A stretch of DNA of 64,000 nt from Dimorphilus gyrociliatus (Eukaryota > Animalia > Annelida): positions 2,046,968 to 2,110,967 of the forward strand of contig CAJFCJ010000009.1 in the NCBI GenBank assembly GCA_904063045.1, in the 5' to 3' direction. Positions 50,813 through 61,425 of this stretch are shown here, piece by piece. Position numbers and translations under genes: made by a program. The notes beneath the pieces were generated by a model. The model did not search any database, had not been told where the DNA came from, and saw only the letters and a program-made list of their open reading frames with translations. Each line of letters starts with the position of its first letter. Position 1 is the first letter of the stretch.

Positions 50813-52077
50813 ATGGAAGATTTGTTGCAAATACCATCCCCCGGGAGCTTTCCAGACTTAACGTCTTACATGAATGTCGACTTCGATGTTGATGATGCTC
50901 TTCTGGGCAGTAGTGAAGTAACAACAACAGAGCCGAATTCTACGTCGCAAACCAATTGTCAAGTATGCGGGGATGAGGCTTCGGGTAATCACTACGGCGT
51001 ACAATCGTGTGAGGGTTGTAAAGGTTTCTTTAGAAGAAGTATTCAAAAATTAATGAAATATCAGTGTAGTAAGGAGGGTAAATGCGAAATATCTAAAGTC
51101 AATAGGAATCGATGCCAATATTGTCGATTTAAAAAATGTTTAGCAGTGGGGATGAGTCGCGATTCAGTAAGGTGAGTTTCATAGAATTTAAAAAAGTCTT
51201 TTAAAGAAAAAAAATTTCACGACTCACTGACTACAGATACGGAAGAATGTCGAAAAGAACGAAAACTGTGAATGACAAGCAACAGAAAGCCATTGTTAAT
51301 GATCAAACGAAAACGCAAGAAGAGTTGGCTGTATACGATCTCATATTGGCCGTTTCGTCAGCTTATACAGAACACATGTTGATTGCTGAAAATAAAATTC
51401 CGAAGACAGAGACTGTTATTCCACCTGCAGGGGATTTAATCGATTTGTTGGATTTAACGAAGAAAGTGTCTTCATTCGAACGGCTAACAAAATTGATTGG
51501 CTTAAGCTTGAATTCAGTTGCCGAATTCTTAAAATGTATACCGGGATTTTACAATTTGAGTACCAACGACCAGTTGGCCTTACTCAAAGGAGGTTTCCTA
51601 GAGATATGGATAATATCGATTAGCCGTACATTTGATACCAATGCGAATACCTTAACCGTACAAGATGGAAATCAAATAAGTAAAGATGATTTGGAATCGG
51701 CTTACAATACTGACCTCGTGTCTTGCCTCTTTAACTTTGTTGAAAATTTCATGAATTTAAACTTATCAAATACTGATTTAGCTCTGTTCTGTGCTGTGGT
51801 CTTTTTTACACCCGATCGAATTAATGTAATTGATAAAAGCGGTGTATCGGTTTTACAGGGAAAATTAATGGAGGCATTAAAAATGCACATGAGCAGAAAT
51901 CATTCGACAGAACCCCAACTATTTGCCTCTGTTCTCTTGAAAATACCTGAACTAAGAATTCTCAGCGCGAAACACAATGACGCTCTAGAATACTTTAAGG
52001 AAAGAGACCAATTGTTATACACCGATGCAATGTTCGCTGAGATCTTTAATATGCATCCAGTCTTGCATTCAGAATGA
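50813..52077 (+). CDS. Nuclear receptor, NR1 E78-like
   Basis: [29 protein letters not shown]...[13 protein letters not shown]; T-box [11 protein letters not shown] (intron 51172-51236); LBD signature [17 protein letters not shown]; AF-2-like MFAEIFN. SVRYGR plus an AF-2 favours E78 over E75/Rev-erb. An additional 5' exon is possible. Confidence 0.85.
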
Positions 52078-52085
52078 GTGAACTA

Positions 52086-52117
<32 letters not shown>
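52086..52117. repeat. (CT)n microsatellite in the nuclear receptor 3' UTR
   Basis: Near-pure CT run directly after the stop codon; similar CT/GA runs at ~1245, ~17880, ~37580, ~47445 and ~48135. Confidence 0.85.
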
Positions 52118-52591
52118 CCCTTTGCTCCCCTCTCTCCTAATTGTTGTTTTTACAATGTTTTCTCGTTGGCGTGTTTGGCATTAGTGTTAATATTCTACTT
52201 TATTACAGCAATCATTCATCTTATTTACAAAAAATATGTGATATTGTGATTTTCTTTTATTTTACTTTTTTCAGAATCTATTGTCGAAAGATTGTAACGA
52301 AACTTAGAAATTAATACACGATTATTCGATAACAGAATAAGAATTTTTTTGAATATCTAACTTTTTTACTTATCCGCCTCAGTCTAGATGGCTGAAATTG
52401 ATTAAGACTCTGTTTGCTTTTGCTCAGTCTTGCTAAAGATAAACTTCTTACTCTGATTACTCTATATAGCGAAGTGCGTTATGAAAATATATTTATCATC
52501 TCAATTATCGTCCTAATCTATCTTATCATTGAGACTGTTATCAACTTTATTCGTAATGATTTTTTTTTATTGTAGAAAAAAAAGGTAAAAC

Positions 52592-53789
52592 TTATGGATA
52601 AGTACATTGATTAGAAATTCTATAGGCAAGAATCTGTTTGCCAGCATGATGCCAATAGAGAAATGCTATAACAACAACGATATGCCACAGTTGATGACTG
52701 CTTCCTACGAAGTCGAATGTACCTGGGCTAAATCTCTCAGGTATCTTTGAGATGTAGAATGTAAAGGCTAATATTGCTAATAAATATTCAACGACTACTT
52801 TAGGGAAGAAGAACTGAAATAAAATAAGATAAATGATTACTCATATTGATTAGATTCTTGTGTTTTTAGATTGAATGCATACTTTAACTATAGGATTAGA
52901 TACTCCTCCACTAAGCCATACCCAATGAAGGCTGGGTATTATTCCATACGCACATATGAGAACATAGAGTATTATCCTAAGCCTATAGTAACGCGCGGTT
53001 AAGAATTTGGGTTTCATTTGCAAGCAAAATAATCCTCCAAATAAGAAACATATCGTAATTAAGTAAACATCTCTCCATACCTGACAAGAAAGAGTTATAT
53101 TTAGATTAATGGATTTTTTCTGGATAATATTTGTATTATTCTTAAAGGTATATTTCTAATTAAATATACGTACCGACATGCAAAAGAAGGCGTAATGTAC
53201 ACCTGGTAAATAACAACCTAATAATCCAACTAGAATTCCATTTAAATCCAAAGCCAACCACCTTTCCGATGCTTTTTCAGAATGGCACATAAATAAATGA
53301 TAACCAGCAGACGATAATAGACAAAATTGGAAGCAAAGTAAACCGATAGTTACTATAACATGGTCAGTTTTCGTTCCATGTAAACTTGGAATACCAATTA
53401 TATTATCATAAATCATTAAAAAGAATATTATGAGACATCCTAGTACATGTGACCATATATTAATACTTTCGTTACTCCATGAGAATAAACTCCTCAGGCA
53501 TAAATATCCTGGTAACAGGACCCTATAGCCTTCTTTTACGTAAGGATTCCCTTTCAGAAACGCGGGAATATCATCGTATTTATGTAATTGAATTGAACCA
53601 CTTATCCCCGAATTACCACAAAGAACCTCAGGGTTATGAAGATCATCTATTTCAAGGATGGTATAGCTTGACCTGCTCCTCACTGTTAATTTATAGTAAA
53701 ATATATATATACTTATATATCTATATATGAATATCATAATTCACTGCTAATTCTGTTTAAAGATAAAAATATTTACTTTGATTTTCCAT
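52592..53789 (-). CDS. PAQR3: Progestin and adipoQ receptor family member 3
   Basis: LKGNPYVKEGYR..LP..LCLRSLF..SNESINIWSH, SAGYHLFMCHSE, WLALDLNGI and FYISKIPERF.PG.FDFVGSSHQLWH. Confidence 0.93.
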
Positions 53790-54497
53790 AAGCGGGTGAC
53801 CTCAACATTAATAAACAAAGTTTTTTAAACAAACACTAAAAGAAAACCAGTGTTGTTAAGCAATCTTAGAGTTTACTTCCGGTTTTGCATAGGGAGCATA
53901 TAATATACTCTATATCTTTATATATAAATATGTTGCAGATAGTAGATAATAGACGCTCCTCTAATTTAAACATTTTGTCTTATTCTCTTTAAAGAAATGT
54001 AGATTATATATGAATTAAATACAATAGAATACAAAAAAAATTATATTATTAATAGCGATTAAAATATTCTAGATTTTAAATGAGGAAAAAATGAAAACAA
54101 ACGTACGTTAAAGACAAAAAAGTAACCAAATTAGAAATAATCGATTTCTAAGAAATCATTGAAAGTAATTAATTTTAAATCTAAATATATTTATTATTCG
54201 ACGTGTTAACAGCCTGAAAAAATTAAATTGAAAGCTCCAAAGTATATTTTTGTTTGTTAGTTACTTTATTTGTTGCTAACAAATAAAATGATAAATATAC
54301 CGCTTTTCATAACTTTTGTAATCAATTACGGATGACCAAGTACCATAAATAGTTTCATATGAAGACACGAACCAACTTACATGTGTAAATAATTAATATA
54401 TAGAAAATTATGACGCTTTTAAAACGTTTTGAACTAATAAAATTTTAAAAATATGATTTCTGCTGTTTTTCTATTAATTTCTCAGAATCTATAGAAA

Positions 54498-55295
54498 ATG
54501 TTCCCATTTGTTAACATTGTTACCATGGACTTTGAACGATCGGATATTCCTAAATTATCCGATTCAATTGAGGATGAAAGTGAAAGTTCTAATGAAACTT
54601 CTCGTTTAGAAGTGTTGTTGAGAGAGAAGGAAAATGATAAACGGAGGGAAATTAATTGGGAGAAACGGCTTTCAAATTTAAATCTCGAAAGAGAAATTGA
54701 TAAACTATTGATTAGTGAGCAGTATAAAAATGATAGAGAATTACATTCTATAAATAGCAAAATTGTTGTTGTTGGTGATGAAAAGAGTGGTAAAACTAGT
54801 CTAATAAAGAGCTTAAGTAGTTTAGAAAAGGGATTTACAATGAAGAAAGTAGACGGATGCAACCAAGAAGAACTTAGCGTTATGAAAGTTGAGGAAATAG
54901 CAACTGGTAATGTTTATTGGTTATCGTTTAGTGAAAGTAGCTGTGGATCGATTAATGGAGAGAAAGATATTGAAAAATACTTAAGAAAATCACACGCAAT
55001 CATTCTTACATATTTAAATGATAATGAGAAACAGTTAAAGTCAATTAAACAATATTGGATTAAATTAATCCAAGGTTTTGAAACGAAAAAGCCATTTATT
55101 ATAATATCGCTATATGATATAGATAAACCGTTTAAAAGGCAATTGATCAAATTCGAAAATAATAAAATTCTTTATATGAAATGTGATCTAGATGATAAAG
55201 CTCAAATGGTAACAGTATTTGAAGAGATATGTAAAAGAATTTTCATCCGTCCTAAAATTGATTCATTCAAGTACTGGGAGTGTAACCTATTGTAA
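54498..55295 (+). CDS. Degenerate Rho/Ras-like small GTPase with N-terminal extension and CAAX box, intronless
   Basis: KIVVVGDEKSGKTSL P-loop (54774-54797). Small-GTPase secondary-structure pattern (AIILTY, KQYWIKLI, KPFIIISL) and C-terminal CNLL. G3 and G4 motifs are not recognisable. Confidence 0.75.
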   Translation: MFPFVNIVTMDFERSDIPKLSDSIEDESESSNETSRLEVLLREKENDKRREINWEKRLSNLNLEREIDKLLISEQYKNDRELHSINSKIVVVGDEKSGKTSLIKSLSSLEKGFTMKKVDGCNQEELSVMKVEEIATGNVYWLSFSESSCGSINGEKDIEKYLRKSHAIILTYLNDNEKQLKSIKQYWIKLIQGFETKKPFIIISLYDIDKPFKRQLIKFENNKILYMKCDLDDKAQMVTVFEEICKRIFIRPKIDSFKYWECNLL

Positions 55296-55469
55296 ATAGT
55301 AGTAGTAAACCAATCTTTAAAAGTCTTTCAAGTTGATAATAAAAAATAGATGATTTATAATTAAGTTTTATGACTTTTTACGCTTATAAACTGCTGAAAA
55401 TTTAATATTTTCTTCATTATCACTCTTACAAATTTTTTAAGGGAGCAGGTAATACAACGCATAGACAAT

Positions 55470-58447
55470 ATGTTGCGTATTCAAGTTCTAATATTATCTT
55501 TAATTTGTTGGATATTAGTTTGTCGAGTTCAATCACAAGATAATGATAATATTGCTCTTTTTAAAGGAAAATCTATGTTTTCTTTCACCTGCGCTGAAAC
55601 TACACCCTTGAAAGGCAATGCTTATAATTTTGATTTACCATCGAAAACTTATAAATACATTGCCGATGCTAATGACATTTTACCAAATGAAGCTCATAGA
55701 TACTCAATGAATGAACATCAAGCAGCAAGAACAATTATATACACAAAATCTACTGATGAGTATGCTGATAATGAATATCACGATTGTATTAGGGAACTTG
55801 TTTTCAACACAGATTATGTCAAAAGATCTGTATTTGCAGTTTTAGGTTTGTTATTTATCATAATTAAATAATCAATATTTATAACTTTTTGTCTTTGTTT
55901 ATATAGATAATTATGAATGTAGTGTAAATAACAAAGAATTGAAGATAATTAGAGGAGAAGATTTTCAATTTTCAGCATCATTGAATTTTACTCATATTTC
56001 TCCCGAGTTTACCTGCACAACTGAAGGCATAGGTTCAAGTTCGATAGATCTTTCAATAGATTATTATGATAATTCAACTGAAAGGTCATTAAAAGGAAAA
56101 ATTACAGCGAATGTAGTCTTGAAAGATATTGGTTTAAATGGTTTAAAAGCCTCCTGCGCCTTCAAATATGACCACCTTGAAAATTTTAAAACAGAAGAAA
56201 TCGAGCATATTGAAAATTTGCCTGCACCAGAAGGAATGCCTGTTGCGGTAATTTACAAACAACCAAAATTTTTCTTTAATGACGATAAAGAAAAAGTAGT
56301 TTGTAAGATTTCAGTATCCTATGAGTGTAAGATATTTTCATTCTCTTTTTAATAGTATATTCTTTAATTTTCCATTCATGTTCCTTACTACAGACGGCCC
56401 TGATAATGTTAAGGCAGATTTGCATCCAATTCTAGAGGATAGAGTTTTGTGTACTTATAGCGCCATCTTTTCAACTAAAAATCGAACTATATGGAGGGTA
56501 AGTAAACTTAGTTTACAAAAAATCTTATATCTACATAATATTTAATTTAATTTATTTTTAAGATAAATGGAAATGAGGTTAGTGGAACAGACGGAGATAT
56601 TCTAAATATTACAAGTATTACAAGACCTGCCGATATCAGTTGCGAACCTTGTGTAGAATATTTTAATGGAGAGATCAATTGCACAATAAGTGGGATATTT
56701 CAATTATTAGATAGTAAGTTAATCAATATTCTATTATTTTTCTTCTCTTATCAATTCATTTGTCATACTTTTATTTCTGATAATAACAAATATCTAAACA
56801 ATATGTATTATCAACAAAATGTTCCATACCAGATTCAACTCCACCGGTTATAAAACCACCAAGTGGAAGAAATTTTCCATCGAATATCGCCGTTTTTGAC
56901 GATCAGACAAAACCTTTTAGATTTTATTGTCACGCCTATCCAAGTTCTCCTTTGGTTATTCATTCCTCATCATTTGGACCAAATGGAAATTTAATTGCCG
57001 ACCAAAATTCTATTGTTCCGGGACAAAATCATAGATATAGAATGGAAACTGATGAATATTTTACAAGAATAATAGAGTATAACGCAAGTTCAATTGCAGC
57101 TTACGACGATAACATTTATCACGACTGTACAGTTCGTCATAATGAAACTCATAGAGCTGTTGTTGTTGTACTTTGTAAGTAAATTATATTTTGTCCTACG
57201 ACAGAAATAATCTAATATTTCGTTTGTTTATCTCTTTTACTCTTCAGCCAACATGGAATGTCCAGAGACTTTTGTTAAAGGAGTTGAAGATACACAATTT
57301 AATCTAACTTACAAAATAGATTTTACTCATATTGAGCCTCTAGTAAAGTGTAATGCTAATACTTTAGGAACTGTTAAATATGACAAGAAAATTATTAGCA
57401 ATGACCCAACAAAACCAATGAAAACTACTCTCATTGCCACATTAATATTTTACTTCCCAAGGAAATTTGGAACATATGCAAACTGCTCCTTTGTTTACGA
57501 TAGATCGGAAAATATGTACCTATCAGAAGCCATTCATATTCAAGGATTTGAGCCAGCGGATGCGTATTTCGATTCACAACTACCTTTATGGGCTTATGAA
57601 GAGGATAAGCAAAGAGCATCTTGTCATACAAAAATGGAAATTCAGTGTACATTTTATAGAATCATTTTAAATTTGACAGATAATAAACAAGAACTATTCC
57701 ATAGATGGACCATCCGATATTAAAATAACTGCCAATCCACTGGATCCGAATATTCTTAGTTGCGACTACGACGCCCGGGCCGACAGGTTCCTCTATGCAA
57801 ATTGGCATGTAAGTATCATATAATTTTTAATTCAATTATCTTTTCTTCCATTCCAAAAATTACTAATTTTCCAGTTTAATGGATTTCCAAAATATAATGC
57901 AAGTTTAAGTTCCTTAGACGTTTCAAATGAACCATCTGCAAACATAGTTTGTGAACCGTGTATCCAATTTTTCAATTTGGAGATAAGATGTAAAAAAAGT
58001 GAATCATACTTTTGGAATTCATCAGGTTGCAAAATATTTACACTTGACCTTTTAACGATTAAACTTTATAACATTGTTCTAGTTACTACTCAATCCCCTC
58101 AAACAACCACAGCTACCCCTACTAGTACAGTTTCAACAACCAAAGCTCCAACAACCACAGCTACCCCTACTAGTACAGTTTCAACAACCAAAGCTCCAAC
58201 AACCACAGCTACCCCTACTAGTACAGTTTCAACAACCAAAGCTCCAACAACCACAGCTACCCCTACTAGTACAGTTTCAACAACCAAAGCTCCAACAACC
58301 AAAGCTCCAACAACTAAAGCCCCAACAACTGCAGCTAGTACAACAATCGCTCCTTCACCAACAAGTGACGCTAGCAAACTAAACATTAGTACTATGTTAG
58401 GTCTCAGTTTTATAATTATTCACTTATTTGTATATCTGAGATTTTAG
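55470..58447 (+). CDS. Cell-surface protein: signal peptide, duplicated block of three Ig-like domains, Thr-rich mucin stalk, GPI-type hydrophobic tail
   Basis: Signal peptide MLRIQVLILSLICWILVCRVQS; two homologous blocks with shared intron positions and phases; YGP domain boundaries; TTTATPTSTVSTTKAP repeats; tail SDASKLNISTMLGLSFIIIHLFVYLRF with no cytoplasmic domain. The Ig fold is inferred. Confidence 0.75.
58103..58294 (+). repeat. Coding minisatellite, 4 identical 48-bp units
   Basis: ACAACCACAGCTACCCCTACTAGTACAGTTTCAACAACCAAAGCTCCA starts at 58103, 58151, 58199 and 58247, followed by 15-bp TTKAP subunits. Confidence 0.97.
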
Positions 58448-58578
58448 TTTGTTGTGTTAAATCACAATATAAAAAAGATAACAATAATAAGAAAAGAACG
58501 AAATATAACATATATTCAATAGTTTGTAAGCCTAGTTTATTGTAATTTATTATCACATATATAAAAAATACAAATTAG

Positions 58579-60075
58579 TTATATCATATCGTATTCGTCA
58601 CTCGATTCCTCAACCAATGGCTGACTTGGTTTTCTCCTCTTCCAAGCTTCCCTTATACCGCCCATATTTCTTATAATTATAATTGCCATGATAGTAAATG
58701 CTATCCCCATTGCCATAAAATATCCTCCGGTTATCATGAACTATGTTGAAAGGTAACGCATCTAATTAAGGCATGGTGATAATTAGGTCTAATTAATACC
58801 TGTGTTCTTATGGATACTTTAAGACCGTGGGAATCGACGAAAATTAATGTCAATATTGTCTGTAGGAGAAGGGCAACAAAAGTATTACATCCAAAGACGA
58901 AACCAAATCTGGAAACCTGCAATTCATTTGAAATCTGGAAGCTATTATAGAAATAGAAAAATGTACATTTAAATCTTTTTGTTTATTATTTAAATTTAAC
59001 CTTGCAACTGTAACAATAAATTGATATGTAGCCCGAAAAAGAATATATAATAAATAACATATCCAGATACTAGTTGTCCTACTAACAGCAAGTAGGAAGG
59101 CACCGCTAGTACAGCTTAACAAAGACAGGACAATTTCACCTAATTCTTTCCAATTAAAGTGAATAAATCCTGTAGATATTGCTACACCAGCACCTAAGAA
59201 TGTTGAAACAGCATCAACACCGCCATTAAATGTTTCTGCATTGGTTCTATTCGGTTTAATTTCTTCGTATAAATTTTGTATATAATTTCCAACTTGAAAA
59301 TTCCCACAAGTTGCTATAGCCCACCATATACTCCATTTTAGAATTGTCCTATAGTGTGAACAACATATCTATTTATATCTCTAAAATATAGATTTATATA
59401 AGTTATTTTTAATTTTCACCTATTTAAATAGCTTATCTTCCCTTCGTAATATAAGTTTTGAAAGTATCCTTTAATATCGCATCCAGACCGCCGTTCCCAT
59501 TTCATGGGGAGTATTAAAGATATTACGAGAGCTACACTTACAGATAGTAATGAAATGTAGTTAAGTTCTTTATAATTAAGAACTTTTGTAGAAACGAAAG
59601 TTTGGGCTAATGCCGCCGACAAGAAACGGCCACACAGTAGTGCTCCTCTTGTAAAAGACGTCGCAAGCTGATAATTACTAGGCGCAATGTTAGAATAGAT
59701 GTAAGTTAAGTAGGCAATTTCGGTGGCTGTTGCTGCACCGTATACAAACTGCATAAGTTGCATAGCTCGAACGCCGTTTCCCCATAATATAATGCACCAT
59801 GTTAATATATAACATAGCCCTTCAAAGACAATTACAGGTTTATACTGTAAAGTGTCAGTGAGCAGGAATACTGGAATTAAAAGCACTAAATATGAATAAG
59901 TCCAAACAACGTAAACTTTATGATCCAAATCTTCATTTGTTATGTTTTTATAACCAATTAAATACGGAGTTAAAAATGGTTCATTTGGTCTAAATTCTTT
60001 AAAAATCCCGTAAAGACATAGTATAAATGTTATAATTTTCCAATTTTGTGTCCAATTACAAGTTAAATTCACCAT
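58579..60075 (-). CDS. SLC19 family thiamine/reduced-folate transporter (thiamine transporter-like)
   Basis: LCLYGIFKEFRPNEPFLTPYL, VWTYSYL..LIPVFLLTD..QYKPV, QLMQFVYGAATATEIAY, KWSIWWAIATCG.FQVGNY, YNGGVDAVST and RFGFVFGCNTFVALLLQTILT. Confidence 0.93.
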
Positions 60076-60670
60076 ATTTAATTAAAAGAAATCAGTCAAT
60101 GTTCATTTATAAAATCATCTCTTCATAAGTATCTGTTTCAATTGTTTATCTAATTTGTTAGTTTTATACTTGATATCAACGGTAACGCCTTCCATTCAGT
60201 ACATCTTTAGAATTATCTTAGTATTATTGCACTAGTCTTTTTCATTCATAGTCAGATGTGAGATATATTGTTTTACTTTTTTTTCGTAGTGATTTTTCTA
60301 TTTCGTGTAGATTTAGTCCTATAATTTCATACGATATTAAACAGTAATTCAATGGTTATATCTACATAATATATGTATTGTATATCTTATCAATATATAC
60401 TTTTAATTAATGAGATATATACCTTTATTAAGGTATAACCTTCGTAATAGTCTTCTGAATTATCAATTATGATATGATGTACCAATAACTCTTTGACATT
60501 CTTGACCCACTTTTGAAAACATAACGTTCAAATAAATCAATATTTATTTATTTATATATGGATGTATGTATATAAAGTTTAAAACTAGTATCTATTTTCT
60601 AGACTTACCAATAAATTAACTATATACTTTATATATAAGATATTAATAAAAATTTTAATTTACAAGACTG

Positions 60671-60685
60671 AAAATGGCGCCATCT
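60671..60685. promoter_or_regulatory. Overlapping inverted YY1-type motifs (AAAATGGCGCCATCT) upstream of SLC19
   Basis: ATGGCG on both strands sharing the central GC; a lone GC-rich patch in AT-rich DNA ~600 bp upstream of the SLC19 ATG. Confidence 0.4.
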
Positions 60686-61349
60686 AGTTGATAAAGAAAA
60701 AATCTAAAAGTTTTCAAGTAGGCCTAAATGTGCTGGTTGTAAAATAAAAAATTCTTATCTTTTCAAAGATAACGCAAAACAATAAAAAAAGGAGAGAAGA
60801 AAGAATTAAATGTAAATGATAAGTAGCAGAGTTTCTTTTTTTATCAAAAAAGTCTCTAAGTTGTTTTTTTGATTATATATTAGAATGCACTGAACCAAAA
60901 AGGATTATAATAAATTGAAAACTGAAACCATTGCAGAAGTAATGGTATATTTTGTCGTGAAGGGTTAGAAATGAAGACACTTAAATGCCTACGTTTCAAC
61001 GGTAAAATTCAAAGGAACAAGCATAGCGTGAATAAAAAAGCAAGTTAAATAGAAAAAGTAATAAAAAAGGGGAGACAGAGAGTGAAAGAGAGGGAGAGAG
61101 GGGGTGGAATATAAAAAAAAAGAAAGAAAGAAAGAAAAGGAATTAGGGTATGTAGAATAGAATGAAGGGGAGGAGAACCGTATTACCAGAGGTGAAAATT
61201 TTACTATTAATTAGTCAAGATCTCTTTCGCCTTTCCCTCCTTCTTCCTCTTTTTTTTTATTAATCTGAATCACATACTTACAGCATTCTTTTTTTTTTAT
61301 ATATATAAGACATCCTTTGATAAAAAAAATCTTCCATTATTAAAAGATT

Positions 61350-61425
61350 GAACGCTCGCTCGCGCGCGCCTCGTTCATTCGAGCTTGCACTCGTGATCTC
61401 TCTCGTATGTGCACGCACGTGGTCA
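61350..61425. promoter_or_regulatory. CpG-rich island with (CG)4 run and E-box; candidate promoter or enhancer
   Basis: GAACGCTCGCTCGCGCGCGCCTCGTTC...GTGCACGCACGTGG. A perfect minus-strand donor GTAAGTATG lies at 61281-61273. Confidence 0.45.

Noticed and set aside
23385-53789. Lipid-themed cluster (PITP, HMGCR, E78, PAQR3, hendecad protein)
   Set aside because: The genes are interspersed with unrelated housekeeping genes over 30 kb; there is no evidence of co-regulation without synteny data.
58103-58294. Regular repeats as a CRISPR array
   Set aside because: Units are contiguous with no spacers, in frame within a eukaryotic exon, and there are no cas genes.
58099-58386. 95-aa Val/Gly/Ala-rich minus-strand ORF resembling a membrane or silk-like protein
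   Set aside because: It is the antisense reading of the Thr-rich 48-bp repeat.
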